Below, piece by piece: positions 47,308 to 60,764 of a stretch of 64,000 nucleotides of DNA. The first letter of the stretch is position 1. The number at the start of each line of letters is the position of its first letter. This DNA comes from an uncultured Gemmatimonadales bacterium (GTDB lineage: Bacteria > Gemmatimonadota > Gemmatimonadetes > Longimicrobiales > Gaopeijiaceae): the NCBI GenBank assembly GCA_963823035.1, contig CAWGKG010000022.1, forward strand, positions 48,651 to 112,650. Direction: 5' to 3'. Under the pieces are notes generated by a model. That model saw only the letters and a list, made by a program, of their open reading frames with translations. It ran no database searches and was not told where the DNA came from. Made by a program: the position numbers and the translations under genes.

Positions 47308-47801
47308 ATGTCACGAAGCGGCCTGAAGGATCTGCGTTTCCTCGTGCTGGAAGGGATCATGGTCCTCTTCGGCGTGCTGTCGGCGCTCCTCGTGGACGAG
47401 TGGCGCCAGGATCGGGAGGTCCAGGCGGAGGCCGACGTCGCGATGGAGCACGTCGTGACGGAGGTGCGCGAGAACCTCGCGGAAGTGCAGGCGCTCGACA
47501 GCGTGGTGACGCAGAGGATCGAGCTCCGCTGGTGACGCGCTCACTGCGAGCTCGCACAATCTGCGACGAGCTGCGGTCCAAGGACGCCTTCGCCGTCTAC
47601 TCGATCAACGGGAAGTTCTCGAACCTGGAAGAGGAGGCGACGCGCCTCGTCTTCAGTGAGATCAACTTCGATCCCGCGCGCGTCCGGACGGCGTGGTCGA
47701 TCGCCGGCGAGATCATGCGCCAGCAGGTTGCCTGGACCCGTGTGTCGATCCCCCGGTACGAGGCCTTCCTGGCTCGCTGGGGAACGGCCCCCGAGGGCTG
47801 A
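47308..47801 (+). pseudogene. N-terminally anchored hypothetical protein (DUF6090-like N-terminus), one frame break as assembled
   Basis: MSRSGLKDLRFLVLEGIMVLFGVLSALLVDEWRQDRE...TQRIELR (ORF 47179..47535). After a shift near 47525-47535 it reads PLVTRSLRARTICDELRSKDAFAVYSINGKFSNLEEE...ARWGTAPEG* (ORF 47058..47801). Confidence 0.5.
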
Positions 47802-47900
47802 CGCTTCCGGAACCGTGCCGTCCGCGCCGTCCCTCGCGCTCGCAGCGACGGTCTCCCATCTTCCTGCCTCGGCAGATCCACGGCTCCAGGAGCGCGCATC

Positions 47901-48744
47901 ATGGTCCCGACCCTCCTACGATTCCGCTTCCCGCTCGCCGCGGCCGCCATGCGTCGCGCTGCTCAGCCCGGTGCCCGGCCAGGGCCAGACGCTACCGCCG
48001 GACGGCGACGGCGCGGTGGCCGCCCTCGAGGCGTCGCCGCGGCACGGCGAGTGGATCAAGTACGACGCCGGGACCGGCGACATGGTGGAGGCGTGGGTCG
48101 CCTATCCGGAGCGCAGCGACGCGGCGCCCGTGGTCGTGGTCATCCACGAGATCTTCGGGATGTCCGACTGGATCCGCTCGGTCGCCGACCGGCTCGCGGG
48201 CGAGGGCTTCATCGCGATCGCCCCGGACATGCTGTCGGGGAAGGGGCCGGACGGGGGCGGCACGGGTTCCTTCGACAGCCAAGCCGTGGGGCGCGCGATC
48301 CGCGACCTGGACCGGGGTGAGATCGACCGGAGGCTCCGCGCGGCCGGCGCCTACGCCCAGGCCCTCCCGGCTGCCGGCGACCGCGTCGGCGCCGTCGGCT
48401 TCTGCTGGGGAGGGTCGACGACCTGGCTGCTGGCCACGGACTGGCCCGAGCTGGATGCCGCGGTGGTCTACTACGGCAGTTCGCCCGAATCGGGCTACGA
48501 GAACGTCCAGGCGCCGGTGCTGGGCCTGTTCGGCGGGAACGACAACCGCGTCGACGCCACGATCCCCAGGGCCGAGGAAGCCATGAAGGGGCTCGGCAAG
48601 ACCTTCGAGCCCCACGTCTTCGAGGGCGCCGGGCACGGCTTCCTGCGCCAGCAGAGCGGCCAGGACGGCGCCAACCTCCGCGCCACGCGCGAGGCTTGGC
48701 CGCTGACCGTGTCCTGGTTCCACCGTCATCTCGGAAGCCAGTGA
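47901..48744 (+). pseudogene. dienelactone hydrolase family protein; the signal peptide is out of frame as assembled
   Basis: DLH blocks VVVIHEIFGMSDWIRSVADRLAGEGFIAIAPD, GAVGFCWGG and FEGAGHGF. ATG 47901 gives MVPTLLRFRFPLAAAA, then a shift near 47948-47952 into CVALLSPVPGQGQ.... Alternatively there is an internal start and no signal peptide. Confidence 0.7.
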
Positions 48745-48758
48745 GGGAAGAGACCTCC

Positions 48759-49682
48759 ATGCAGGCACCTCCGCTCGTCGTCCTCGCCGCAGGAATGTCG
48801 ACTCGTTACGGCCGCCTGAAGCAGGTGGACCCGATGGGCCCGGCCGGCGAATCGATCATGGACTACAACGTCTTCGACGCCGCGCGCGCGGGCTTCTCCC
48901 GCGTCGTCTTCGTGGTCCGCAAGGAGATCGAGGATCAGGTCCAGGAGCACGTCCGCCGGGTGATCGGCGACGCGTTTCCCGTCGCGTTCGTCCGGCAGAC
49001 GCTCGACCAGATCCCGGGCGACCTCCCGCCGCCACCGGAGCGACGCAAGCCGTGGGGCACGGCGCAGGCCGTGCTGTGCGCCGCCGCATCGGTGCACGGG
49101 CCGTTCGCCGTGTGCAACGCGGACGACTTCTACGGTGAGGACGCGTTCCGACAGCTGTTCGCCCACCTCTCCCTCGAGCCGCCCGCGACCGAGGCCGCCA
49201 TGGTCGGCTACAACCTCGCCGACACGCTCTCGGACCAGGGAGGCGTGGCGCGCGGCATCTGCATCATGGGGCGCGACAGCCTGCTGCAGAAGGTGACCGA
49301 GGTGCGCGAGATCCGCCGCGTCGAGGGGTGGATCACGGGAGAGGAGGCGCCCGGGGAGCAAGTGGAGCTGCGCGGCAACGAGATCGTCTCCATGAACCTG
49401 TGGGGCTTCAGCGATCCGGTGGTCGAGCTGCTCGGGCGGCAGTTCCTGCGCTTCCTCAAGCGCTGGGGCGGCGATACCAGCGCGGAGTTCCCGCTCTCGA
49501 CCGCGATCAGCGAGCAGGTCCAGCTGGGCACCGTGCGCGTCGCCGTCCTGCACGGCAGGGGCGACTGGTTCGGCGTGACCCATGCCGACGACGGCAAGCA
49601 GGCGCGGGCTACCCTGCGCGCGCGCATCGAGGCGGAGCACTACCCCGCCGACCTGGCCGCGGCATTCCGCGACGGCGTTTGA
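48759..49682 (+). CDS. sugar-phosphate nucleotidyltransferase family protein
   Basis: N-terminal LVVLAAGMSTRYGRLKQ (G-x-G-x-R type), KPWGTAQAV and NADDFYG blocks. Intact 307 aa from ATG 48759. Confidence 0.8.
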   Translation: MQAPPLVVLAAGMSTRYGRLKQVDPMGPAGESIMDYNVFDAARAGFSRVVFVVRKEIEDQVQEHVRRVIGDAFPVAFVRQTLDQIPGDLPPPPERRKPWGTAQAVLCAAASVHGPFAVCNADDFYGEDAFRQLFAHLSLEPPATEAAMVGYNLADTLSDQGGVARGICIMGRDSLLQKVTEVREIRRVEGWITGEEAPGEQVELRGNEIVSMNLWGFSDPVVELLGRQFLRFLKRWGGDTSAEFPLSTAISEQVQLGTVRVAVLHGRGDWFGVTHADDGKQARATLRARIEAEHYPADLAAAFRDGV

Positions 49683-49695
49683 GGGCCGGGACGTC

Positions 49696-51464
49696 ATGCG
49701 CCTGACGACGCTCGACTGGGCGGTGGTGGCGATCTACGCCGTGGTCGCCCTGGTCACCGGGCTGTGGTTCACCCGGCGGGCGGGGCGCGGCGTGGACGAG
49801 TACTTCCTGGCGGGGAGGAACCTCCCCTGGTGGCTCCTCGGCACGTCGATGGTCGCCACCACCTTCTCCACGGACACGCCGAACCTGGTCACGGATCTGG
49901 TGCGCACCGGAGGGGTGAGCCAGAACTGGCTCTGGTGGGCCTTCGCGATCACCGGGCTGTGCACGGTCTTCTTCTACGCGAAGCTCTGGCGGCGCTCCGG
50001 GATCCTCACGGACGTCGGCTTCTACGAGCTGCGCTACTCCGGGAAGCCCGCCGCCTTCCTGCGCGGCTTCCGCGCCGTGTACCTGGGCGTGTTCTTCAAC
50101 GTCATGATCATGGCCACGGTCACGCTCGCGGCCATCAAGATCGGCGGCGTGCTCCTGGGCGCGAGCAAGTACCAGGTCGTCCTCGCGGCCGGCGCGGTCA
50201 CGGCCGTGTACTCCGCGACCTCGGGGCTGTGGGGGGTCGTCGTGACCGACCTCCTCCTCTTCGCGGTCGCGATGGTGGGCGCCTTCGCCGCCGCGTACTA
50301 CGCGCTCGCGCAGCCGGCGGTCGGCGGCTTGACCGGCCTCTTCACGCATCCCGCCCTCGCGGGGAAGCTGTCCCTCCTCCCGGACTTCTCCGATTGGACC
50401 ACCGCTGCCGCGGTCTTCATCGTCCCGGTGTCGGTCCAGTGGTGGAGCACCTGGTACCCCGGCGCGGAGCCCGGCGGCGGAGGGTACGTCGCGCAGCGGA
50501 TGCTGGCGGCCCGCAACGAGAGCGGCGCGCTCAAGGCCACCCTGTGGTTCAACGTCGCGCACTACGCCCTCCGCCCGTGGCCGTGGATCATCGTCGCGCT
50601 GGCCTCGCTGATCGTGTATCCGACGCTGGCCTCGATCCAGGCGGCCTTCCCGCACCTGGATCCGTCGATCGTCAGGAACGATCTCGCCTACCCCGCGATG
50701 CTCGTCTTCCTCCCCTCGGGCCTGCTCGGGCTCGTGGTCGCTTCGCTCGCGGCGGCCTACATGTCCACGATCAGCACGCACCTCAACTGGGGCGCCTCGT
50801 ACGTGGTCGACGACGTCTATCGGCGCTTCATCGCCGGCGACCGCGACGAGCGGCACTACGTGGCGGTCGGCCGGGCCACCACGGTCGGGCTCGTCGTCCT
50901 CGCGAGCGCGTTGGCCCTCTGGCTGCAGAACGCCCTGCAGGCCTTCCAGATCCTCCTGCAGATCGGCGCAGGCACGGGACTCGTCTTCCTCCTGCGCTGG
51001 TTCTGGTGGCGCATCAACGCGTGGAGCGAGCTGGCCGCCATGGTGGTCTCCTTCCTGGTGGCGCTCTGGTTCCAGTTCGTCCACACGAGGATCGGCCTCC
51101 CGCCGCTGGCCGCGCACCTGCAACTCGTCGTGGGCGTCCTGGTGACGACGGCAGGATGGCTGGTGGTCACCTTCCTGACGCGGCCCGCGGACCGGGCGAC
51201 GCTCCAATCGTTCCACGATCACATCCGGCCCATGGGGCCGGGCTGGAACGGCGCGGGCATCGTGCTGGGACCGGCGGACGAGCGAGAGAGCCCGACCGCG
51301 GCCTTCCTGGCGTGGTTCCTGGGGCTCGTGGTGATCTACGGTGCGTTGTTCGGCACCGGGGAGGCGCTGTACGGCCGCCCGATCACGGCGCGGCGTGCTT
51401 CGTCGCGGCGGCCGCGGCCGCGTGGGGCGTGCTCCGGCTTCTCCCGCGGGTCGGGCTGCGCTGA
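49696..51464 (+). pseudogene. sodium:solute symporter (SSS) family transporter, frame break near the 3' end as assembled
   Basis: MRLTTLDWAVVAIYAVVALVTGLWFTRRAGRGVDEYFLAGRNLPWWLLG and STISTHLN. After a shift near 51385-51395 the last TM helix and stop (AACFVAAAAAAWGVLRLLPRVGLR*) lie in the frame of ORF 49764..51464. Confidence 0.85.
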
Positions 51465-51468
51465 CCTC

Positions 51469-52694
<1,226 letters not shown>

Positions 52695-52698
<4 letters not shown>

Positions 52699-54083
52699 GC
52701 CCGGAAGACCTCCAGCTTGGGCCACGTCTTCCATCGGCCCCGGGTGAAGTCGGGGAAGTCGACCGGACGGCTCCCGTTGGCGACCGACCCCTCGGAGAGG
52801 GGCCCGACCGCGGAGATGGCGGCGGCGTCGTACACGTTCATGTCCGTCGGCAGCCCCTCGTGAAGGCACTTCACGAGCCGGTAGTCCTCGATGAAGTCCA
52901 TCCCGCCGTGGCCCGCACCCTGGGACATCGCGTCCAGGTCCTTCCACAGCGGATGGTCGAACTCCGCCAGGTAGGCGTCCATCTCCTCCCAGCGGTGCTC
53001 GGGGCTGCGCCCCTCGATGTGCACGCGGTTGGGGTAGCCGTGGAAGAGCCCACGTGTGCCCTGCACCTTGTGGATGCGCGAGTACGGGCGGGGCAGGTTG
53101 GTGTCGAACTGGACGACGATCGTACGCCCGTTCGCCGTCTGGATCAGGCTGGTGTTCACGTCCCCGCACACGTAGCGCTCGGCGCGCTTGGGATCGCCGT
53201 CGGGCACGTGCTCGCGGGCCCATTCCTGAAGTCCCCGCGACGGCGAGCTCATCGACACCAGCGTCGCGAACCGGTCGCCGCGGTTGATGTCCATGACGTT
53301 GGCGATCGGTCCGAGCCCGTGCGTGGGATAGAGGTTCGCGTTGCGCTGGGTCGCGTGCCAGCGGCGCCACAGCCCCTCGTGCGCGTCCTCGAACTTGATG
53401 GCCCGCAGGTCGTGCAGGTAGCCGCACTCCCCGTGGAGGATCTCGCCGAACAGCCCGAGGCGCGCCATGTGGAAGACCATCATCTCCGGACGGTCGTAGT
53501 TGCAGTTCTCCATCATGACGCAGTGCTTCTGCAGGCGCTCGGCCGTATCCACCAGCTTCCAGCAATCCTCCAGCGTGTACGCCGCGGGCACTTCGGTGGC
53601 CGCGTGCTTCCCGCTCTCCATCGCCGCCACGCACACCGGCACGTGCCACTCCCAGGGCGTCGCCGTGAAGACGAGATCGAGCTCCTCACGCTCGCACATG
53701 CGCATGAAATCGGTCGGCGTCCGTCCGTAGAGGGTCGGCTCGGGGCGCCCGTCGGCGACGACCCAGCCGGCTACCTCGCGCACGCGCGCCTCGTCGATGT
53801 CGCACAGCGCGGCGATCTCCACGCCGTCCAGCTTGAGGAAGTTCTGGACGTGCGATCCACCCTGGAGCCCCACGCCCACGAAGCCGATCCGGACCACCTC
53901 GATGGGTGGAGCCGCGAACGGCGTCTCGGGAGCCGGCCTCGCCATGGGGACGGGCACGGCGTCCGGCGGCTCGGCGCTTCCGCCGAACCCCGCGAGGGCC
54001 CCGTACGCGAGCCCGGTGGCACCCAGCTTGAGAGCGTCCCTGCGCCCGACGGCGGGGCCTGGATTGGACGGACGACGGTGCAT
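52695..54083 (-). CDS. Gfo/Idh/MocA-type NAD-dependent oxidoreductase with a Tat signal, GH109 (alpha-N-acetylgalactosaminidase)-like
   Basis: Twin-arginine signal GRRDALKLGATGLAYG. Rossmann motif RIGFVGVGLQGGSH. The long C-terminal region is typical of GH109-type enzymes. Intact 462 aa. Confidence 0.8.
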
Positions 54084-54257
54084 CGGATCCTGCCCTTGGA
54101 GAGGGGTCGCGGCCGGCTCGGCTCAAGGCCAAGCTGTCGCCTCGACGGCCACCGCTCAAGAGCGGGCGTTTCCCGACTTGACCGCCCCGTCCCACCGGGT
54201 ACGTTGCTTGAGGACCATGCGCCTTTCCGGCAACCCGCTGGACGGAGGTAGGATTCG

Positions 54258-54726
54258 ATGCGCCGCTCGCTTCCCTTCATGGCCGCCCTGCTCTGGATCG
54301 GAGCCTGTGGCGGTGAGCCTCCCGCGCAGGAGCCGGCGATGCAGGGGCCGACGCGGGCCGATTCCGTGCAGACTCGCGACCACGGCGTTCGATCCCGCCG
54401 CGTTCGACACCATCACCTGGAAGAACCAGCAGGAAGCCATCGAGCGGGGCGGCCTCGTCTACCGGATCAGCTGTTCCAAGTGCCACGGCGACGGCGGCCG
54501 GGGCAACGGCAACTTCGTGCTCCAGGGTGATACGCTCCGGCCACCTTCGTTCCTGGGCAAGGACTGGCGCTTCGCGGCCGATCCGATGGGGCTCAGGAAG
54601 CAGATCTTCACCGGGAACGTGGCCGGGATGCCCTACTGGGGGCTGGTCGGCCTCAAGTACCGCGACCTGGACGCCGTGGCCCGCTACATCACGGACTTCC
54701 TGCGGCCGAACTACGGCGAGAAGTAG
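54258..54726 (+). pseudogene. c-type cytochrome lipoprotein, one frame break as assembled
   Basis: Lipobox MRRSLPFMAALLWIGACGG (ORF 54258..54530). After a shift near 54365-54380 it reads ATTAFDPAAFDTITWKNQQEAIERGGLVYRISCSKCHGDGG... with a CxxCH haem motif (frame of ORF 53797..54726). Confidence 0.65.
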
Positions 54727-54748
54727 CCGGCCCATCCGATGAGCGCGG

Positions 54749-54777
54749 GGGCGGCGCCGATCGGTTCGGCGCCGCCC
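54749..54777 (+). terminator. 12-bp GC-rich stem-loop after the cytochrome c gene
   Basis: GGGCGGCGCCGA-tcggt-TCGGCGCCGCCC, 23 nt after the stop. No clear U-tract. Confidence 0.4.
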
Positions 54778-54886
54778 GCGGCGTGCGTGGCGCCCGCCTC
54801 ACCTGGCGGCACGGCGCCCGCCGCCGCCTTATTGAGCCCGTTCGCATCGTTTCCCTGAGAGGACACCCTCCGACCCTGGAGGCCGC

Positions 54887-56284
54887 ATGCGCGTGCTCCG
54901 TCGACTCCCGCTCTCGCTCCTCTGGCTGCTCGCCCCCGTCCTGCTGGCGGCGCAGGCGCTCCCCCGCGGCACGCCGGAATCCGCCGGGATGTCCTCGGAG
55001 CGGCTCGCCCGCCTCGGCGAGACTCTCGACGGCTACGTGACGGAGAACCGGCTCCCGGGCGGCGTGGTGCTGGTGGCGCGAGGCGGCCACGTGGTCTACG
55101 AGCACGCCTTCGGCGAGCGGGATCGCGAGCGCCACGACCCGATGCGGGAGGACGCGATGTTCCGCATCGCGTCGCAGTCGAAGGCGATCGTCAGCGTCGC
55201 GATCCTCATGCTCCAGGAGGAGGGGAAGCTCCTCATCGCCGACCCGCTCTCGAAGTACATCCCGGCGTTCGCGCACACCACCGTGGCCGTGCGGCGCGAG
55301 GGCGGCGGATACGACGTGGTGGACGCGCGGCGTCCGATCACGCTGCGCGACCTCCTGACGCACACTTCGGGGGTGTCCTACGGGGGCGGCCCCGCCGCGG
55401 ACCGTTGGAAGGCCGCCGGGATCCAGGGATGGTACTTCGCGGACCGTGACGAGCCGGTCCTCGCCACGGTGGAGCGCATGGCCGCCCTTCCCTTCGACGC
55501 GCAGCCGGGAGAGCGCTTCGTCTACGGCTACTCCCTCGACATCCTGGGCGCCGTGGTGGAGGTGGCGTCGGGCGAGCCGCTCGACGCCTTTCTGCGCCGG
55601 AACGTCTTCGAGCCGCTGGGGATGCACGACACGTACTTCTATCTGCCGGAGGGCAAGGCCGACCGTCTGGCCGCAGTCTACAACCTCCCACCCGGAGGGA
55701 CGCTGACCCGCGCACCCGACGGCCCGGGGATGGAGACGCAGGGCCAGTACGTCCGGGGTCCGCGCAAGAGCTTCTCGGGCGGCGCGGGGCTCGTGTCGAC
55801 CGCGGAGGACTATGCGCGCTTCCTCCAGATGATGCTCGACGGAGGAGAGCTCGACGGCGTCCGCATCCTCTCGCCGAAGACCGTCCAGCTCATGACGGTC
55901 GACCACCTGGGCGACCGCTATGCCAGTCCGGGGCTCGGCTTCGGGCTGGGCTTCGAGGTGGTCACCGACCTGGGCGCCCAGGGCGCCCCCGGATCCGTCG
56001 GCAAGTACGGCTGGGGCGGGGCCTACCACTCCACCTACTGGGTGGACCCGAGCGAGGAGCTCGTGGTGGTCTACTTCACGCAGGTGATTCCGGCCGCCGG
56101 CCTGGACGACCACGGCAAGGTGCGTGCGCTGGTCTACCAGGCGATCACGAGCGACGTGCCGCGGAGGCGCGGATCGGGGCTCGCTGATCGACAGGGCCAT
56201 CCGTCGCACCGCCGGCCGCGGCATCTCCGCGGCATCACGCCAGGCTCAGACCGCGCAGCACGCGCCCGTGGTTGCGGTGGTTGA
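54887..56284 (+). CDS. serine hydrolase, beta-lactamase / PBP4*-like family, secreted
   Basis: Signal peptide [24 protein letters not shown]. SxxK motif ASQSKAI. YGYS and GWGGAYHS blocks. The last ~50 nt overlap the convergent GT2 gene, so the exact stop is uncertain. Confidence 0.85.
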   Translation: MRVLRRLPLSLLWLLAPVLLAAQALPRGTPESAGMSSERLARLGETLDGYVTENRLPGGVVLVARGGHVVYEHAFGERDRERHDPMREDAMFRIASQSKAIVSVAILMLQEEGKLLIADPLSKYIPAFAHTTVAVRREGGGYDVVDARRPITLRDLLTHTSGVSYGGGPAADRWKAAGIQGWYFADRDEPVLATVERMAALPFDAQPGERFVYGYSLDILGAVVEVASGEPLDAFLRRNVFEPLGMHDTYFYLPEGKADRLAAVYNLPPGGTLTRAPDGPGMETQGQYVRGPRKSFSGGAGLVSTAEDYARFLQMMLDGGELDGVRILSPKTVQLMTVDHLGDRYASPGLGFGLGFEVVTDLGAQGAPGSVGKYGWGGAYHSTYWVDPSEELVVVYFTQVIPAAGLDDHGKVRALVYQAITSDVPRRRGSGLADRQGHPSHRRPRHLRGITPGSDRAARARGCGG

Positions 56285-57150
56285 GGTCGAGCCCGGTCAG
56301 GCGCGCGAGCGCCGTGAGCATCCGGTACTTGAAGCGCTCGTCCTTGTGCCGCTGGCGCCGCTCCGTCCCCGGGGTATCCTCGAGCCGCAGCTGGTCCTGC
56401 CAGTCCATCGCCGCGATGCGCTCCCCCATCACCGCGGGGTGCGTGCCGCGGAAGACCGGTAGCCGCCCCAGCGGTCCGTAGTCGAACGCCTCGCGCCCCC
56501 CGAACTCCGCCTCCACCTCCTCGAGGCTCTTCCGGTGCGACCAGAACTCGCGGACCTTGGCCTGCATGAAGCGGGGGTGGCGCACCCAGCCGTAGTGGAA
56601 GATGCGCGCCCGGGCGGGCGCCACCGTGATGCGGCGCTGGTCCGGGTAGCGGAAGGACTGCGCGTCGCGCACGGAGCGCACGCCGATGCCGTTGCGGATG
56701 ACGCGGATCTCCTTCTGGTACCACCCGTGGCCCGTCCTGCACGTGCGCGTAGTCGCCGAAGAAGTGCAGGTAGTCGAAGAGCAGCCCCTCGACGCGGCGG
56801 TCGTCCAGCAGCTCCTCGCAGCGCGCCCGGATCGTGGGGAGGTCGTCCTCGTGCACGGCCTCGTCGGCCTGGATGTAGAGGCACCAGTCTCCGGTGCAGG
56901 CGTCGAGCGCGACGTTCGTCAGGTCCGCGTAGATCGCCTGCCGGCGCGTGTCGTCCCACACGGCGTCCACGATGCGCACGCGCGGGTCGTCGATCGACGC
57001 CACGAGCCCGCGCGTGTCGTCGTCCGCGTCGCCCGGCGCGACCGCCACCACCAGCTCGTCCACCACGGGGAGGATGGACAGCAGCGCCTCGCGCAGCGGG
57101 TAGTCGAGCTTGACCGCGTTGCGCGCGAAGGAGAATCCGGAGATGCGCAC
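56235..57150 (-). pseudogene. family 2 glycosyltransferase-like protein, one frame break as assembled
   Basis: GTG 57150. RISGFSFARNAVKLDYPLREALLSILPVVDELVVAV...CLYIQADEAVHEDD...FFGDYAHVQ. After a shift near 56722-56730 it reads GHGWYQKEIRVIRNGIGVRSV...HYGWVRHPRFMQAKV... (ORF 56235..56681). Confidence 0.7.
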
Positions 57151-57176
57151 GTCGCCGCCGGCCGTGCGGGGGTCGC

Positions 57177-58159
57177 CTACGCCAAGGCGAGGATGCGCGC
57201 CGCGTTGCCGCCCCTCACCCCCGCGCGCCCCTCCTCGTCGAGGTCGAGCCGGTCGAGGCTCTGCTTCATCTTCGAGAGGCTGCCGATCATGTGCGGGTAG
57301 TCGGAGCCGGCCACCAGGTGCTCGGCGCCCGCGAAGCCGACGGCGAGCGAGAGGCAGGCCGGGTCGAAGTTGACCGTGTCGTAGTAGAAGCCCTTGAGCT
57401 GCTCGCTGGGGGCGACCGTGCACCGCTCCCGGCACTCCGGATACGCCTCGAAGCCCCGGTCGAAGCGCTCGGCCATGTACGGGACCGCGCCCCCCAGGTG
57501 GCCGAGCACCCAGGTGATCCCCGGGAAGCGCTCCACCACCCCGGCGTACACGAGCGACGCCGCCGCGAGCGTGGTGTCCATGAGGAAGCCCACCATCGGC
57601 ATGAGCATGTACTTCTCCATGACCTCCACCCCCACGGGATACGTCGGGTGGATGTAGACCACCGCCTCCTCGCGATCGAGCGCCTCGAAGAGGGGGAGGA
57701 AGCGGTCGTCCGAGAGCGGCACGCCGCTCGCGTTGGAGAAGAGCATCACGCCCGGCAGCTCCAGCTCGGTCAGCGCGCGCGTGGCCTCCTCCACGGCCGC
57801 GTCGGGTGCGTTCATGCGGCAAGCGTCGCCAGTGCCGAGAACCGCCCGCCCCAGGCGCGCACGTCGGCGGCGAAGGCGTCGTTGACGACACGGCACAGCT
57901 CCACGGCGCGGTCGGGGGTCTCGATGCTCGTGCCCGGCGCCGTGAACGTCAGCACCTGACGGTCCACGCCCTCCTCCTCCAGCACCCGCGCCCTGAAGTC
58001 GAGGTCGCGGTGGCCGGGCACCAGGACGTTGTAGTCGCCGGGCGAGTGGAGGACGGGGTTGCCGTCTCCGTCCTCCGTGACGCGGAAGGCGCTGCCGCCG
58101 GAGCGGATCGCGTCGAGGTAGGCGGGCGGGTAGTAGTGGTTGTGGAAGTCGATGATCAT
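57177..58159 (-). pseudogene. amidohydrolase_2 (ACMSD/LigI-like) family metal-dependent hydrolase, one frame break as assembled
   Basis: MIIDFHNHYYPPAYLDAI (HxH) from ATG 58159, which overlaps the permease stop (ATGA). After a shift near 57822-57830 it reads MNAPDAAVEEATRALTELELPGVMLFSN...GSDYPHM.... Confidence 0.8.
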
Positions 58160-59511
58160 GCGTCGGGGCCGATCGGGGAGATGGGCGGGCGCCGGTAGCC
58201 GCGGCGGGCCCAGAAGTGATAGACGGGAAGCCCCGCCAGGACCAGCCCCAGCCCGGTCGCGCTCTCCGTGGGCTCGGCGACCACCTGCGCGGCCACGATG
58301 CCGAAGGCCGACGCCGCGAACACCAGGGGCACCCAGGGATACCCCCACACGCGCCACCCCGGCTCGACCTCGCCGCGGCGGCGCAGCAGCACGAGACCGA
58401 CCGCCATGAGGCCGAAGAAGATCCACTCCGTGTAGACCACGCGGGTGAAGAGCGCCCGGTACGTCCCCGTGCCGACCAGGAGGCACGACCACACGCCCTG
58501 GAGGAGGATCGCGCGGTGCGGCGTGTGGAAGCGCGGGTGCACGGCACCGACCCAGGGGAAGAGGAGCCCGTCGCGCGCCATCGCCCAGTACACGCGCGGT
58601 CCGGCCAGCACGATGCCCGCGAGCCCGCCGAACGTCGAGAAGACGACGAGCGCCGACATCGCGCCCCCGCCCCCGCGGCCGAAGACGGCGTCCGCGGCGT
58701 CCGCGGCGACCCTGGTGGACGAGGCCACCACCGACGGCGGGAGCACGTGCAGGTAGACGGCGTTGAGGGCCACGTAGCAAGCCGTCACGACGAGCGTGCC
58801 GACGAGGAGCGCGCGCGGGATCGTGCGACGCGGGTCCTCCGTCTCCTCGGCGTTGTAGGTCACCATGTGCCACCCGCCGAACGCGAACAGTCCCGCCACC
58901 ATGCGCGAGCGCGAAGTCGCCCGCGCCCCACGTGCCCGCCGGCTCGGTGGCGGCGCGTGCGGCCGCCTGCGTGGTGCGCCTCCGCCCCGAAGCCGAAGCC
59001 CAGCACGATGATCGCGCCCACGGCCAGCAGCTTGCCCGCGGTGAAGGCGGTCTGCAGCACGCTTCCCTGCCTGACGCCGACGTAGTTGACCGCCGACAGC
59101 ACGAGGACGGCCGCCATGGCCACGCCCTTCGTGCCCGCGTCATCGAGGGGGACGAAGAAGCCGACGTAGCGCGCGAAGACCGTGGCGATGGCGGCGATGA
59201 TCCCCGAGTGCATCGTCCAGAACATCGCCCACGCCCACAGGAAGCCGAGCCAGGGTCCGAACGCCTCGCGCAGGAAGGCGTAGACGCCGCCGGCCTCGGG
59301 ATACGTCGCTGGCGAGCTCCGCGGACACGAGCGCGCCGAAGAGCGTGAGCACGCCGCACACGAGCCAGACCGCGAAGACCCCCGAGACCGTCGGCACCCG
59401 GCCGGTGATCTCGGACGGCTGCACGAAGATCGACGCCCCGATGATCGTCCCCACCACCATGGCCGTGGCGTGGGGAAGCCGGATGGCTCGGGTGAGGGAG
59501 GCGGGGCGCAT
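58156..59511 (-). pseudogene. APC-superfamily amino-acid permease, three frame breaks as assembled
   Basis: MRPASLTRAIRLPHATAMVVGTIIGASIFVQPSEI (ORF 59140..59511). Then YPEAGGVYAFLREAFGPWLGFLWAWAMFW (ORF 58860..60548 frame). Then PAGTWGAGDFALA (third frame). Then MVAGLFAFGGWHMVTYNAEETEDPRRTIP... (ORF 58156..58902). Shifts lie near 59305-59312, 58950-58990 and 58905-58912. Confidence 0.8.
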
Positions 59512-59569
59512 GGCGCGGAAGGGTGCGCCCCGCGCTCCCGGCCGCGCAACCGTGCTCGCGACGGGCGCC

Positions 59570-60705
59570 TCAGCGCCCCCAGTGCGTCCAGAGGAGGATC
59601 GCGGCGCAGGGGTAGGCCCCGCCGGCGCGCAGGTACTCCGCCGGCGTCTCCGAGCCCCGGTAGACCTCGATCGCCTCGAACTCCTCCCCGCGGAACTCGT
59701 TCACGCCGGTGGACGGGTCGAGCGGCACGTGCAGCCCGTCGAGGTACACGTCGGGCTCGCACGACTTGCCACGCACCTCGAGGCTCGCCTGATGACCGGT
59801 GCCCGGAGCGAACACCAGGATGCCCGGGACCTCCCGCAGGTACTCCCCGAGGCGGGCGTCGGGGCGCTTCTCCAGCGTCTCGCGCGTGACGAACGTGCCG
59901 AAGCCCATGTTCATGCGGTGGATCAGCCCCTCGATGTCCCGGTGCACGCGCGGGGCGGTGATCGTCACCGCGAGGCCCGGGATCTCGATCGGTGTGCTGA
60001 CCAGCTCGACCTCCGCGATCTGCGTGAGGTTGCCCGCCACATGGAGCGGGACGTCCGCGTCGGCGTAGCCGATGTGCTCCACCTGCAGCGAGTACGTGCC
60101 GAACGGCTGCTCCCCGAAGCTGAAGTAGCCGCGCGCGTTGGTCAGCGTCTGCTTCTTCAGCTCCTCGATGCGCACCACCGCCCCGTCCAGCGGGGCCCTG
60201 GAAGCCTTGTCGAGGACGCGACCCACGATGGAGCCGGGCTTCTTCGGGTCCGACAGCGAGAGCACGATCTTCTCGACCTGCAGCGTGCCGGGCTCCACGA
60301 TCACGGAGCGCGGCGGGGAGGTGATGCGCAGGTTCGCCGACAGGAGGAGGAGCGTGTTGCCGGGGACGCCGCAGAAGGCGTAGAAGCCCTTCTTGTCGGT
60401 ATCGACCTCGGTCTTGCTCGCCGAGGGGTTGTCGCCCGCCTGGAAGACGATCGACACTCTGGCGTTCGGGAGCGCGACGCCGGTGATCGAGTCGGTCACC
60501 GTCCCGGCGAGCACCCCCTCGGTCGCGGGATCGACGGTGTTGCCGCACGTCTGCACGATCGCCCTCCCCACCTGGTCGGCCTGCTGGGCGAGCAGCGGGG
60601 CGGGAGCGAGCGAGACCGCGAGAAGGAGGAGCGTCGGGAGGGGGCGCGTCGGACGGCCCCCTCGGATGGTGTCGAAAGCCGGAGGCGGCTCAGCGGAGTG
60701 TCCAT
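59570..60705 (-). pseudogene. secreted protein with two CarboxypepD_reg-like domains plus a Plug-like C-terminal domain and no barrel; the signal peptide is out of frame as assembled
   Basis: ORF 59570..60571 carries the mature protein. The signal sequence LPTLLLLAVSLAPAPLLAQQ is in frame, but the only ATG (60705, MDTPLSRLRL...) is one frame off. The shift lies at the G5/C5 run near 60640-60650. Confidence 0.65.
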
Positions 60706-60764
60706 GGCTGGAAGTTACAGCCCGAGCGCGCCCGCGGTTCCGCCCCTCGACGCGGGCGGCGCGC

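Noticed and set aside
46660-47900. A lower-GC pocket that might be a mobile element or horizontally acquired islet.
   Set aside because: There is no integrase, transposase, tRNA attachment site or flanking direct or inverted repeats. The genes inside still have host-like third-position GC. The AT-richer parts are intergenic control regions.
54084-54257. A sigma-70-like promoter (TTGACC ... TACGTT) upstream of the cytochrome c gene.
   Set aside because: The match is weak, and promoter consensus in this high-GC lineage is unknown to me. It cannot be supported without data.
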